The notes under the pieces were generated by a model, which was not told where the DNA came from, ran no database searches, and worked only from the letters and a program-made list of their open reading frames with translations. From Hyaloraphidium curvatum SAG 235-1 (Eukaryota; Fungi; Monoblepharomycota), in the NCBI GenBank assembly GCA_025558095.1, contig JAIVFI010000006.1, positions 620,001 through 684,000 of the forward strand: a stretch of 64,000 nucleotides of DNA, in the 5' to 3' direction. Below are positions 1-13,573 of the stretch, piece after piece. Position 1 is the first letter of the stretch. Each line of letters begins with the position of its first letter. The position numbers were made by a program, and so were the translations under genes.

Positions 1-1682
1 CGCCGCCTTGAAGTACTCGGAGGGAATTGACACATCAATGGTGCGATCCGCATGCGATGACGTTCCCCTCAACGATGCTGACTAGGCGCGCAGCACGCAA
101 AGGCGGCATATGATGTACGATCTCGCTGTTACGACATTGCGATCAAGGCCATCGAGGAGTGCTTTGCCGGTAGGGCAAACACCGGGCGTGACGGCGACAT
201 CGGTTCCTCATCTGCCCTACATCTCAGGATCGCTGGAACAAATGCAGAAGCAGCTGATCACGATGTCCTTCAAATCGTCCGACACGCTATTTCTGTTCAG
301 TCTCTATGACTGGCTTTTGTTGCAAGGGAAGACCGATCTTCTTCTAGAGGTAAGTGCCATTGTAAGGACACTGCCAAAAGGCAACTCACCTGCTCCCTCT
401 TCACACGAAGGGCGAACCAGAGAGCTTGGAGAAGTTCCTCCTGCGAAGTCCGACGCTGGAGAAATCCAACCTGCTGTGGCTGTTACTGGTCAAGACCAAG
501 CAGTACCTGAAGGCAAGCAGGGTGCTGGTCGGTCTTGCGGAGACCAAGGGGTAAGCCGGTTGTCATGCGACCGACTTTCCATCTCCTCACCGTATGCAGC
601 CGCGATATTCCTCTGCCTAAACGCGTCGAGTATCTGTCCCTGGCGCTTTCGAATGCAAGGAGTGCTTCCGCAGGCCAGGAGGATGCTGGGGCCCTGCTGA
701 GCTACGTCATAGACCGGTTGCAGGTTTGTGTTCCTGATGTCCTGCGTGGGGTTGGCACCAACGCCTTGGTGGACGTTGCAGGTCGCACAAGTGCAGCTGG
801 AGATCATGGAGGCGGTTGCAGCGCGGGTGGAGAACACGAGCGAAAAGGAGCATGCCATAAATCAGCTCAACTCAGGACTGTTTGACGTCACTGATGTGGG
901 TGTCGTGGCGGGCCAGCGTAACCGCAATTGGCTAACTCGATGCAATTGCAGCTCTTCAAGGAGTTTTCTGCCAAGTACGGCCTCTACGACAGCATCTTGG
1001 CGCTGCTTCATATCAGGTGTGTGACAGATGCCCGGCGCACACTCGGAAGCTGACCCGGAGCCAGTGGGAATGCACCTGACGGCATCGTGTTGAGGACCTG
1101 GAGCGAGATCCTCAAGGAAGCTCGCGCTCAAGGGTCGTCCTCTTCGGACAATCACAGGGCCGTGGCCGAGCGAGTGCAGAGCCTTGGCGCGCGCTTCCAT
1201 GGCGACGAGAACGTTTTTCCCGTTTGTGGGTGCACGTGGTGCCTTTTCCGATGGTTTGTTGATCCTGGGACGTCCCTCCAGACCTACTGTGCAAGGCGTT
1301 GGAGGATTACAGCTTCAAACATGGTGTTGAGGACAAAGCGTGGGTGGTGAGAATAATGCTGAGTGTTGGGGTGCCCTTCAGCGAGCTCTTTGAAAAGTAT
1401 GACGTGATGTTTCTCGAGACCAAGGTGGGTCGTTCGGACGTCGCCGTGCGTCTGCACTCTAAGAATGTCATCCAGGCTCGGGGTGGTGCATCAGCGGACC
1501 ACATCGCGGAGGCGATGTGCGCCTTGATCGAATCATGGCTGCAAACGGACCCTAAAGGCCTGCGGGCCAACGTACGGGCCGTGAACGATGTTCTGGTCAA
1601 GTTTATGCTCAACGGAACCAACGCTCGATTAGGGAGACTTCAGGAGTCTCTAAAGAGCACCTTCTCTGTGTCGGATTACTGA
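1..1682 (+). CDS. NUP155: Nucleoporin Nup155/Nup170 family, C-terminal part (5'-truncated, multi-exon)
   Basis: Exon peptides 'DTLFLFSLYDWLLLQGKTDLLLE', 'LAETKG..IPLPKRVEYLSLALSNA', 'VAQVQLEI', 'LGARFHGDENVFP' match the Nup155/Nup170 C-terminal solenoid; GT-AG introns; stop at 1682. Confidence 0.8.
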
Positions 1683-1695
1683 ATGTACAGCAGCC

Positions 1696-3115
1696 TTACA
1701 CAAAGCGATCCAACATAGAAGCGATGCGATACCCGTTCTTGAAGTCCGTGGCCGATTGCTCCCTTTTGAACTGCACGTGGAACACCGTGCAAGGTATCCA
1801 ACCTTCGCGGCACTTTACCCAGAGCGCGTTCAGGGGCTTGGCGAAGAAAATGGTGCCGGGCGGAACCGACGTGTCGGGCGGTGGTTGTGCACCATCCATC
1901 ACCGTCCCCGGCGCCACGAACCCCTTCAGCTGAACCGATGCACCTTTGAATGTAGTGTGAAGAGGCTCCTGTAGGCTGACAGTTACGAAGGAAGGCGAAC
2001 GCAATGCAACGACGAGGCGGGCACCTGCAGACCGAAAGCTTGATGCCTCCGGTAGATATCCTCGGCCGACATCTCCGCCCAACGGATGTGCGCCATATCC
2101 CGGGTGATCTTTGGCGCGCGACTTACTTGGCTTTCATCTTGAGTCTCCGCCGACGCCTGACCAGCGGAAGTTTGCAAAGATATCTGTGCCAAAGATCCTG
2201 CGTCCCACCTCATAGCGATCGAGATCTCGGAGGGTTGCAACAAGCAGCTCCCCGCCCTTCTCGGCGAGCGAATCATGCAACTGCGAGTAAGACGTTCCCA
2301 CGAGAATGGGCTGCACGGACGACTTTAGAGCTACGCCCATCAGAGGACCCGGCACACCCTACGCAGCGAATCTGACTGAAGATCCGACCCGCATCGAACC
2401 GCTGGTGGTGCAGCTCGATGATCGAGACTCCCGTCTCAGCATCCCCGTTAAGGATGGCATGTTGTATTGGAGCTGAACCGCGGTACCTAGACGTGGTTGA
2501 TGGGTCGCGAACGGGGCGTTTGAAGGAAAGGCTCACTTCGGAAGCAAGGATGGATGCACATTCAAGCCGCCAAGGGGGAAGGAGCGCAGCAAGGAAGCGG
2601 GCAGGAAATACCCGAACGACACAACGACGGCAAGGTCGAACGGAGAGTGTCTGGTCCGGACTGAGGGAGGCTAGCGGCCAATGAGCACCGCAGCCAAAAA
2701 GCTGCTGGGGCTCGATCCACGAACTTGCCAGCCTTTGAGGGTCTTTGGTGGCGCTTCATGAGCTTTCAGTCCCATTCGAGAGGCAAAGATATAGGTTGGA
2801 GCTGCGATCGTGGTCCGTGAGAACTTGCTTCTGAAGAGTCACCGGAACCATGCCTTTCGAGGAGGCGGCGCCATGGGGAACAACGATCTCCAGATCGCCC
2901 ACGAGCGGCTTGGTCTCCCCGTTCAATGGTGTTCTGGCGGCGAACAGAGCTTTCAAGGAAGCCACACTGAACGTGTCCGTTCCGAAGAAGAGGATATTGA
3001 GCGGTGCAGAGCGCGGCCCGGTTCCGGTGGCGATTCCTCTTCTTGCGATGCATCGCCTTGCCGGTACGTGAGACGGTGCCCGCGCTATTCGCGTCGCTCG
3101 GCGCCAGAGTTTCAT
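1696..3115 (-). CDS. FMT1: Mitochondrial methionyl-tRNA formyltransferase (multi-exon)
   Basis: Arg-rich presequence, 'LNILFFGTDTFSVASLKAL', 'RYRGSAPIQHAILNGDAETGVSII', 'APKITRDMAHIRW'. Confidence 0.9.
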
Positions 3116-3247
3116 GGACGGAGGGCGAACGGGATGAGCGACCGACGCACAGCGCCCGGCCGACACAAACAAGGCCCCGGAATCAAACGATTCCGCACAT
3201 CGCTCGGACCGTCCGGGACTCCGCGCTTCGGCCGCACTTCCTAGGCC

Positions 3248-6200
3248 ATGCTACGGGAATCGGCCCAGAGCGCCATTGTCCTGGACGGACGCTATGTTGG
3301 CTCGTGAACGGCACCCCTGCGTTTCTCCGCTAACCTCCCTCCCGCTGACGGCAGCGGCTTGGCGACCAGGTGCGACCAGAACGAACAGCAATCTGCCACG
3401 GAATTCATTACAACGTTGCTCTCGTTTGCTGCAGATTGGCAGGGGGGCCTACGGGGCTGTCTACCGGGGGATCAACCTCGAGAATGGGGAGTTCGTCGCC
3501 ATTAAGAGGATGTCACGGAATGCCATCGAGGACGAGACACAAGTGCAGATGAAGGAAATTGACATGCTCAAGAAGCTTCGGGTAGCTCGTTCTCTCTCTT
3601 CTTGCTCACGCGTTGACTGACGCGGTGCCAGCACCCCAACGTGGTTGAGTACTACGGCTTCATACGGACGCACGACAGTTTCTACATCGTCATGGAGTGG
3701 GTCGGCCTCGCGTTTATGAGGTGGTATGCTGACGGGGAGTGGAAAAGGTTCTGTGAGAACGGATCGCTCCAGAGCGTTTGCAAGAAGTTCGGCGGAGGGT
3801 TTCCCGAGCCGTTGGTTTCTAGATACATCAAGCAAGTCCTGAACGGATTGCATTACCTGCATGAGCAGGGAGTCGTTCACAGAGACATCAAGGGTGCTGG
3901 ACGGAACAGAACGCAAACCGGCCGCAGCTAACGGAGATCATTCGACACAGGGGGCAACCTTCTTACAACCAAAGATGGAGTGGTCAAGCTCGCAGATTTC
4001 GGGCTCGCCATTAATCTGGCGGAAGCGGAAGAGGCATCGGCGGGCGGCTCTCCGTACTGGAGTGAGCACATGCGGAGCGTGAGAAGATGGTGAATTCTCA
4101 TCGTCGCCGCCGCGTCCAGTGGCGCCCGAGGTCATCGACGATAACGGCTTGACGACTGCTTCGGATATCTGGTGGGCCATCATGTAACGGCTGTGACGGT
4201 CAGAACCCTTATGGAACTGCACAGGAGTGTCGGTTGCTCCATCATCGAGCTGCTTACGGGCAAACCTCCGTATGGGGACCTCGGTCCGTACACGGCGATG
4301 CTTCATATCCTCAAGGACGATCATCCCCCGATTCCAACAGGCATTACGCCGGTAAGGCGCACATTTTCCTACGCCGTGCACTCTAACAACAGAAGACGAT
4401 CCAGGCTCTGCGAGACTTTCTCATGGAGACTTTTCAAAAGGACCCCAACCTTCGCGCATCGGCAAGAAAACTACTCGCACATCGCTGGTTGCGGCATGCA
4501 GAGCCAAATGTGAGAAGTCGCCGCTTTCGATCAGCAAGCGCCATAACTCTTCTGGGTACGTAGGAGACGAATCTGTCCCGTAATGCAAGGAGGACAAGCC
4601 GAACGCCATCATCCACCAGCTTCTCGGAAGGCGTTCGGAGCCACTTTCGGCCCGAGTCCCCGAACGAGAGCTCTGGGCCAACGAAGCAGCAGGTGAACCG
4701 TCCGGCGGAACGTGACGCTCGCGAGAGCTCCAGGCATGTCAGAGGTAAGCGCACCGCCGTACTCCGAGCTCTGTCCAATTTCTCAACTTTGTGCCCAGCT
4801 GTGGATGAGAATGCGTCACATGGAAAGGCAGGCATCTCGGCATTTCGACTTAACCTTGGAGTAGCGTTTCTGACGTGGTTCTTCGCAGCGGCGGTCTGGT
4901 GCCTGGGGTGCAAAGCGAGCTCAGGAAGACCTAAACAAGTACTTCGAGCCGGACAACGAAGAGTTTGGTGATATCGCAACTGAAGGTTCGCGGCGACGGT
5001 GGTTTGTCGCAATCCGATCATCCGTCAACGGAACACACAGGGTTCGATGGACAGCAAAAGCTTGCGCCACGACACGTCCCCGCTGCGGTCTTCGAAGATG
5101 ATTTTGATCAAGGTGCGGAAGGTCCGGTCCAGACCGATACGACCTTGACGTCTTCCGTGTTCCAGAATTTGACGACGATAGTGATGAACGGCTTTCTGAA
5201 CGGTTTAGGGCGACATTACACGACCTCCAGCAAGCAATTGCATCGGATCCGCCCCCGGAAACGGCTCTCAAGGTTCTCCTCGACCTGGTGGGTGTTGGCC
5301 GCGAGACTGGACTGTCCTATCTTCTCAATTCCTAAACTAGGCGGCTTTGTTCAAGACCGTTCCCGCCATACGTGCATCATTTGCGCCCGGGCAGATCGTG
5401 ATCCCCATGATGGACGCCATACGATCCACCACTCACTTGGCGGCAAACGCGGACCTCCTCACATTCTTGATGGATGTTGGTGCGTCCCACTGGCGGAAGA
5501 ACAGGTTGTAATCACGCCACCTTTAGATCCTCGACGCCGACGCCAGCCACCAGATTGCCTTGATGGGTGGCTTGAGAGTTCTGATTGAAGTCAGCCTCGA
5601 AGCGTCGTCTCGGCGTTCGCGGGCGCTCTCTGCGGAAGCAATCGTCAAAATGGTGTCCATGACAGACTCTATCCTGCGCATGTTTCTGGCCTGCGACGGT
5701 CTTTCCATAATCGGGAAGTGGCTGGATGCCCGGTATGGCGAGAATCGAAATCTCGTGAGAGTTGCCACGGAGTGTTTGGCGTCCATCTTGGAGTTCAAGG
5801 TGGGATTCGTGGTGCGGATGCAAAGGAGGTCGACTGACACACAAAAGGGGGACACATCGGCCGTTCGGAAAGCTGTGATTGCGCGTTTGGTCAAGTGCGG
5901 CATATTGGAGACTCTATCACATGTCCTTCACAAGCTTGGCGTCGATCGGGACGCGGAATCCATGAAGTACACGCAGAAGCTCTTGGAGCTCTTGGTGGTG
6001 TTCTCGCAGGGAGACACTGCAGTTCGCGAAGCTGTTGCGGAAACAGCTGTCATGAGCGGTACGTCGCTGTCAGGCACGAAGAATGGCTTTTGACGGGCGT
6101 CGCAAAGAGCTTCTGCGAGAGCTGGACAACATGCCAACGATGGTTTGCGTCACGACCGCCAAGGTGATAAAGAACGTTTCCTCGACGGCAGGGGCAGTGG

Positions 6201-7097
6201 ACTCGCTCTGGCGTTTGGATTGCACAACAAAGCTTATCGACATGCTCCGGCAATGCGATGGCCCCTTTGCAAACGTGAGTACTTAGGTTTCGCGATTTGA
6301 GTGCCGTCATCCGCCCACTGGTCGTCCGTGCTCTGCCAGGAGATATGCAACCAAGTTCTCCCCGCGCTGTTCAACCTGTGCCGCATCGACAAGTCCCGCC
6401 AAGAAGCTGCAGGTGAGCGGATGCACAACCCCTGGTTCCCACAGTGCTAAGGGGGAACTTCAGCTATGGCTGGGATCATTCCTGCCCTAAAGCATGCGAT
6501 CAGCATCGCCGGTCACGTAAAGGAGTTTGCCTACTCGATCCTCGCCGATCTGGCACACGCCGGAAAACGGACACGAGAGCTTCTCTGGATGCACGAAGGC
6601 TTAAACATGTATTTCAGCATGCTGGGCGTTTCTGGACACGAGGCAAACGCTCTGGAAGCGATGGTTGCTTTGTAGGTGCCGTCCTGGATCACGCAGCACG
6701 TCACGTACTGAACGGGCTATTCAGAGCTGGTCCCGATCCGCAGCGAGCGGCCGCACTTGCCTGCTCGCAAGACAACGTCGAGCGCTTCGGCAAGGCTTTC
6801 GGCAAACTTGTCGGCGTGCACCTGGAGAATGCCTTGACACCTAGCATCAAGCTGCTCAAGCTCATGCCTCCGTTTGCGAGCAAACTGTGCGCACGCCGTT
6901 TTGATCAGCTGCTCTTGCAGCACTTGCAGAACCGTCGAGCAGTGGTTCGCTTGAACGTGCTCAAGGCGCTCGTGGCCCTGCAGGATGCGGATAGGGACAT
7001 TCCGATCATCGAGCGAACACGGAGCACTGTGGTTGGCAACTGTCACTCCGACCCGGCCGTCTTGGTTCAGGAGATGGTTGCCACTTACTGGAAATGA
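3248..7097 (+). CDS. Cdc15/SepH (S. pombe Cdc7)-like Ser/Thr kinase with C-terminal helical (ARM-like) repeats (multi-exon)
   Basis: '[16 protein letters not shown]', 'VVHRDIKG', 'KLADFG', 'GSPYWMAPEVI', C-terminal '[18 protein letters not shown]' and '[11 protein letters not shown]' typical of SepH/MAP3K-epsilon; includes a 15-nt exon at 3355-3369. Confidence 0.85.
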
Positions 7098-7099
7098 GG

Positions 7100-9000
7100 C
7101 TATCCAGGCCGCAGTTTTCGCGTGATACAGGCTGTGAACTGGGATCCGAAGGCTGCTGCCGAGAAGCTGTTCAAGACATGCGCACGGGCATTGCGCCGAA
7201 TAGCGCCGGCTTCTGCGTCGGACAGCTGGAGGATCTGATGAAGGCTTTCAGAGTAGGCGTCGACGGAGGAAGCCAGAAAACCTTCGCAGGAGGCGTCAGA
7301 CAAACATCGCCGAAAGAACGATATCGCTCACCCGTACGATTCCCTTGGAAGGGGACCACGATGTCAGTCTTTGGGCCCCCGGAATCGTGGGCCAGGGTCA
7401 AAAGTCCCGCTGCCTGCAACGCCATCAGCGCTCCGGTACTAGCATTCCAATGGCGCCCAACCATGTATTCGATGATGCTGATGCCGAAGTGTTCATCCGT
7501 CATCGTGTGAAGGCCAATCTTGCTGCTGCTGAGCATTTCCCGTAGCTCCGCGTAAGGAACATTTGGTCGGAACACGATGTCGTGCTGCAGATGTGTTTGC
7601 GGGCAGCTTCTACGGTCTAGCGTGCGGGCACCCACGTCGGGGCCGTACCCTCCGGCAATGGCTTCGAGATCCTTTAGGAGCAGCAGGTCTTCTTCGTTTC
7701 GGCATCCGCCGGCTACCAGCAGCCGGAGTGGGCGCTTGCCTCCCTTGCGGTACTCAGGGTGGTTGGCGAGCAGGTCAGCAAAGGCTTCCAGTTGGACCCG
7801 GTGCGCCTTTTCCGGCCTGTGAAATCCGTCAGCAAGATCGTCAGTTGCTCCACCGTGGCGCCGACATCTTGACGTAACCCGCCTGAATTGGGCAATCGAA
7901 AGGATCGTGTCGAGACGGCGATGATCGAGGGGGATTCCCAGAAGAGACTCCGTGTCGCAGGGAGGATAGACAATGGTCGTGCGATCCGGCACCCGCCAAA
8001 TTGAGTCAATGTGATTTCGGGTCCAGGTGGAGTTGACCTGCAAGAGGTTCGGTGGAATCCAAAGCAGCAGCGCCGACCGCTTACCATCACGACATCGGCG
8101 TAGGAACCCACGAATCCATACAGGGCAGCGAACGCCTTGTAGTACCTGGGAGACAAAGACGACTGCGTCTGAGAACCCCGCAACTCCTAAAAGTTGACTG
8201 AAACACACATTAGCTTCGCTCGCGTCAGAAAAGGACTCGATGTGATTGCGGTCGAGTTGTTGAAGTCGGATATGCCGCGGTCAACTTTGCTGAGCATGTC
8301 GGAGCTGATCGTCGGGTAATGGACATAGGAGACGACCAGGCATCCGCATGCACGTGCGACTGGGTTGAGGAAAGCGAAGCCGACCGTGTCTGGGTCGAAT
8401 GGTCAGGTGGGATGCCAACCCGAGAACGCTCGACATCCACCGAGGAAGACATCAGGCCTGTCGCGTAGCAGACCCTCTAGACCCGGCACTAGCGAGCCGA
8501 TGCTTTGTGCCAGAAGCGTAAGGCGCGGATACCTGCGACGTTTTGGTCGTTTCCAGGGGTCACACAGGATCACGGTTTCGGCCCGCACCTCCGGGCCTCG
8601 ATCCACTTGGCAAACCGAAGACCAATGAATGAGAGTTTTGACGTTACAATGTCGATGTTGAACTGCGTCTGACCGGCCCCAAGCACATCAGACGCGTCGG
8701 GCGGCATCTCTTCCGGGCGCACGAGACCTTGACTTTCGCAGCAATGGCCGCGGAGTCCAGAGAATGTTCCCTAACATACACTGACACACTGCAGTCGGGC
8801 CATTGTGTCTGAATTGCAGCAACGGCTTGCCATAGGACGCGCTCGCCGCCGCCGCCGGCAAACGCGTCGGGGTGGAAGAAGCCATACGAGAGGCCTCCGG
8901 GAGCCACCAATCTCAAGCGCCTTCGCCGCTGACGGATTCCAAGTGGATCAAAGACCAAGAATAGGACGGCGAGTGCTGCCAGCACCCATGCCAGGGTCAT
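7100..9000 (-). CDS. ALG11: GDP-Man:Man3GlcNAc2-PP-Dol alpha-1,2-mannosyltransferase (multi-exon)
   Basis: N-terminal TM, '[18 protein letters not shown]', '[13 protein letters not shown]', '[18 protein letters not shown]', '[12 protein letters not shown]'. Confidence 0.93.
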
Positions 9001-9076
9001 CGCTGGATTCGACGCGCTGGGCACCGTCGATCAATCAGCCGCCGGCGCCCGTCCCAGCACTCCTCCTCCGCTCGCC

Positions 9077-9855
9077 ATGTCGAAGCCCTGGACTCCGGTC
9101 TGTTTGTGTCCGCTGTCGCGATGGACCTGCGTCCTGACGGCGTGTTTATCATGGGAAGGTTGGGAACCTGGAGCCGAGAAACCAATCGGCAGAGGAGCGC
9201 TACGGTGGGCGTTTCGCGTGCACCAGACCCTCGAGATGTCGCTAAATGGACTCCAGGCATTCCGGAGAACTTCCTCGGTAGGGGGAATCGCTGTGGACCT
9301 GATCCGGCCCCGCAATGCTGAACGTGGAACCAGAAATCGAAGTCCGAGATCCCCTGACCCATGGACAGGGCAAGAACCGATGTACGTGCTCCGTATGGCC
9401 AGTGATGTTCTGCTGGCCAACACATCTGCCTTGCTAGTCACCGACTACGAGATCGTGCTGCGGACAAACATCCCGGCGTTCAAGCAGAAACAATCCAGCG
9501 TTCGGAGACGCTACAGCGATTTTGAATGGTTCCGGGATGCTTTGGAACGCGAGACAACGAGGGTGGGTCATCTACCTGTTTATCGGCTTTAGCCACTAAT
9601 GAGCTGTGGGGCCGTGGGTAAGGTCAACATCCCCCCGCTTCCGGGGAAGGTGTTCACCAACCGCTTTGACGATTCCGGTGGGTTTGTTTAAAGCTGCCGA
9701 GCGGAGCACCATCTGAAACGGGATCAGTGATTGAATCTCGGAGACAAGGATTGGAGCGCTTTCTCCAAATCGTTGCTGGACACCCGTTGCTCCAGACGGG
9801 CTCCAAAGTCCTCGTTCCTTTCTTGCAGGATCCCAACTGGGTTAAGGAGACGTGA
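9077..9855 (+). CDS. SNX3: Sorting nexin 3 (PX-only; multi-exon)
   Basis: Spliced '[74 protein letters not shown]'. Confidence 0.92.
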
Positions 9856-9947
9856 ACGTAGCGGGTTGAGACGAGACTGTGCTGCTTCTGCTTCCATGGT
9901 GAATGGTGATGACAATTTGACACCCAGTATTCTACAGTCCATTTACA

Positions 9948-11820
9948 TCATGTGCCGTTCAAGAAAGAGTTCATTGGATCATCTGCATCACGCCGCGCCA
10001 TCCGGAATGCCTCGAGCTCCTCCTCCGTGACCTCGTCCACGCGACTCGAGTTGTACTTTGTCTCGAGGTCCTCAGCCTTCAATGTTCTCCGCCGCTTCTC
10101 GCTTTCCAGCGCCGCGGACAGCTTCCCCTTGTCCAGTTCCACGTCACCCTCTCCCTTCCGCTTCTTCGAAGTCGCGGGATCCTTGCCCGCTGCCGCAACC
10201 TTCCCCGATTGGAGAGCCTCCAAATGCTGGTCGACCAGAGTTGTCCGTTTCGAGGTGCCGTTCGCCTGAATGGTCGCGGCTTTGGCGGCCTCCTTCCCCG
10301 CTTCACCGGTGCAGTAGCTGTTCTTCGTGAACCCATGGCAGCACGCGTAACCCCACTTCCCGTCCCGCCAAAACGAACCCCAAACTGAGGTGTGATTGTT
10401 GATGTAGACTTCAGAAACGCGATGCGTGAGATTGAAGCACCTTTCAAAGATCGACGCCACATACCGTCCTCCTCATACCGCGACTTGACCTTGGCCTTCT
10501 CCTGCCCCTTGACTAGGCGACCGGTCCGGGAGTACTCCACGTAGTTCTCCGTCTGCGCGAGCAACAGCTCCTTTGGGGGCGCTTGGAGGTGCTCCGCGCC
10601 GCCATAAGTCTCCAGGATCGAATCCTTGACCGTATCCTTCATCTTCTCTTTCTTCTTCTGGTACTCGCGGTAGAGCAGGTCAGCCTGCGTCGGATTTGCG
10701 TGCATGTGCACGTCGGCGCCCTTCTCCGAAGCTTCCCAGGCGAACATTTGGAGGTCATTCATCTTTGTCACGTCCCCCGTGTAGCGCACGAAGTTGTCGC
10801 CGGCAAACTGCAGCTGGTCCGGGTTCTCCTCCCGGTCCTTGTAGGCTGCGGAAGCAGTTAGCACACGAGGGTAAACAAGCACCCGAAAGCTCCCACGGTT
10901 ATCCCTCATACTGCGCGTCTTGGGGTCGTAGTACGCGCTGTCGGGGTTCAGGTTCCGCAGGTACTTAGCAGTGTCCTCCCGAATGCGCAGATTCCGAATC
11001 GTTGTTCGGGTCTTCGTGTCGACCTTTTGGCCCGGCATATCGGCGCTGTCCGCGTACTTGTCCTCGTCCTGCTCCTGCTCCGCTACCGCCTCGGCCGCCT
11101 CATCGCCCTGGGCCTCCTGCAGGCGCCGCTCGAGCTCCTCGGCCTTGAGCTTCCGCCGCTCCTGATCCACGAGCTCGAACTCTGCCGCGATAAGCGTCAA
11201 GCGCGGCCCTGCTACTTGGCGCGCCGGCCCGAACCTTCAACCATCCTCAAGTGCTCCGCCGAGTCGTAGCCCTTCCAACGGTCCCGTTTCTCGTCCCAGC
11301 CGTCTTCCACGGAGAGAACGATCTCATCGGGCGCTATGTCCCTGTTGGTCCACTTGGCGCCCAGCTTCCGCGGCCGCTCGATGCACTCCTTCGTCTTGTG
11401 CGTCATGGCGCCGCAGTTCTCGCAGGCGCCTTTCCGGTACTTGGACGCCGCCGGCCCTTTCGCACCCTTCAAAGCCCACTCGTCCGCCGTGACATCCTTC
11501 TGGGCCTTGCCGACGGTCCCACGCTGGTGGCCCAGGGAGACCGCGCCGGTGTCGATGTACCCTGAACCCCGCATGAGCTTCCCGAGCCCCGTCGCAGCAA
11601 AAACACCCACATGGTGCTTTCGAGATGTACTGAGGAATGTGCGGGTTAATGTCCCGCCCGGTCTCCTCGTCGACCTCTGCCGGCGCTGTCCCGGCCTTCC
11701 GCGCCGCCTCGAGGTCCTGAAAGGGCCCGCATCAGGGGTGCTCCGACACGCAACTGTGGTGTCGTCCACCTTCTGTTTCCGGAACTCCTCCCGGGTGAGC
11801 TTCGACGTCGCGGCGCTCAT
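9948..11820 (-). CDS. SLU7: Pre-mRNA splicing factor Slu7 (multi-exon)
   Basis: Zn knuckle '[22 protein letters not shown]', '[16 protein letters not shown]', '[18 protein letters not shown]'. Confidence 0.95.
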
Positions 11821-11896
11821 CGCAGCGTTGCCGGCGTCGAACGCGGCGCTGAGACGGACACAACCGCGCGCCGCGCGCAGCAACTCTCTCGCCGGG

Positions 11897-12367
11897 ATGG
11901 TGATTGCAGCTAGCGCGACGCTTGGAGCTTTGCTTACCACCGCCTCGTACTCCAGGAGAGAGGGAGCGTGCAGAGCCAGCTCGAGCACCGTAAGGCGGGA
12001 TGCTGTCGCGCTGTCGTGCCCCGTTCACCTCCGCTCTGGCAGTGCAATCAAAGTTCGTCGGCACCGGCCATGCCGACACGAACAAATAGTACGGACGGCG
12101 GATCTCTACGCGGACCGTCGATTGACCTGCTTCCCGGCCGGCAGCGAGTTCGTGACGAACCAGCACCGGGACAGCTACGCGTCCTACATCGGCCACCGGA
12201 ACCTGATCGGCTACTTTGCCATCGCGGAGAACGAGAGCATCGGACGTATGAAGTTCAACTTCCTGGAGGTAGGAAGCTCCGGACGGCGATGGCCACTTCG
12301 TTCGATCTCCAACGTCACACCCCAGAAATGCCTGGCTCCTACCGGTCTGCCAGTTCCAGAGGACTGA
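11897..12367 (+). CDS. SF3B5: Splicing factor 3B subunit 5 (Ysf3/Rcp10; multi-exon, first coding exon ATG only)
   Basis: Spliced '[58 protein letters not shown]'. Confidence 0.9.
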   Translation: MVIAASATLGALLTTASYSRREGACRASSSTVRRDAVALSCPVHLRSGSAIKVRRHRPCRHEQIVRTADLYADRRLTCFPAGSEFVTNQHRDSYASYIGHRNLIGYFAIAENESIGRMKFNFLEVGSSGRRWPLRSISNVTPQKCLAPTGLPVPED

Positions 12368-12576
12368 GGGTGGTGCGCGCCGCGCCACATGTGACGGATG
12401 GACATCTCTGAGGGCTCTTTATGGCAACTGAACTCTGTCTGACCACTGATCATTCACAATACTACCGCTCTCGTCTCGAATCGCCAATATCGCAGCGCAA
12501 CCACGACCGCTTCCTCCGTACTGCGTCCTACACAGCTCTAGCTCCCGGCGCTTCCAGCTCACATAGCCCCATGAGG

Positions 12577-13573
12577 TCACAGAATGCGGCAGGCCTTCTT
12601 CTCCTTCTTCACCGCCGCGGCCGATTTCGGAGGCGCCAGCACGGACCTGATGGCCTCGTCGAACACCGTCTTGAGCCCCCGCTGCGAAAGCGACGAGCAC
12701 TCGATGTACTTGACCGCGCCGAACTCGCGGGCGAGGGCCTGTCCCTGCGCGGCCGAGATGGGCGCCATGCGCCTCTCGCGCAGCTTCGCCAGGGTGTCGG
12801 GATCCTCCCGCAGGTCGGTCTTGGTTCCAACGAGGAGGATCGGGACGTTGGGGCAGTGGTGGTTGACCTCCGGGAACCACTGCGGGGTGGAACGCAAGCT
12901 GTCAGATTGATCTGGCGATCGGAGGGCCAAGGGCGAGGTCCCCGGCTGCATGATAACGGGACGGCACCTTTGTCCGCACGTTGTCGAAGGAAGGCGGGCT
13001 CACGACCGAAAAGCAGATCAGGAAGACGTCCGTCTGAGGGTACGACAGCGGCCGCAGCCGATCGTAGTCCTCCTGTCCCGCAGTATCCCACAGCCCCAAG
13101 CTGATCGGCTTGCCATCGACCCTGCAGGAAAAGGAGAAGCGCTGAGCTGCCGAGGAAACGGCGAACGGAGAATAGCGTACATGACATGTGCCGAGTAGTT
13201 GTCGAAGCTGGCGGCGATACCCCGGGCAGGTTCCAAGATGAGCCTCGTTCGAAACCAAGCACGGGATTGCTACCCACACCGTCGGAATGTACTCTCCGGG
13301 AAAGGCGTTGGTGGTGTAGGAGATGAGCTGCCGGAGGAACGCGGTTCGCAGTCATCTCCTGCCCAGCGGACGCGAATGGCCATCCCGCAACGTACCATGC
13401 TTCGTCAACGAGCGATTCATAGCCCAATTTCGTCGCAGCATGGTCGCCAAGACGGGTTCGGGGGGGTGACGCCTCAGCGACGCTCCTCGCTCCCCGCACG
13501 GCCGGGCCCACCATGTCTTGCCGACCGCGCCATCGCCCACCACGACGCACTTGACGGCCTGCTGCGCCGGCAT
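12577..13573 (-). CDS. RAC1: Rho-family GTPase Rac (multi-exon, includes a 4-nt micro-exon)
   Basis: '[14 protein letters not shown]', '[18 protein letters not shown]', '[24 protein letters not shown]', polybasic tail and CaaX 'CRIL'. Confidence 0.95.
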
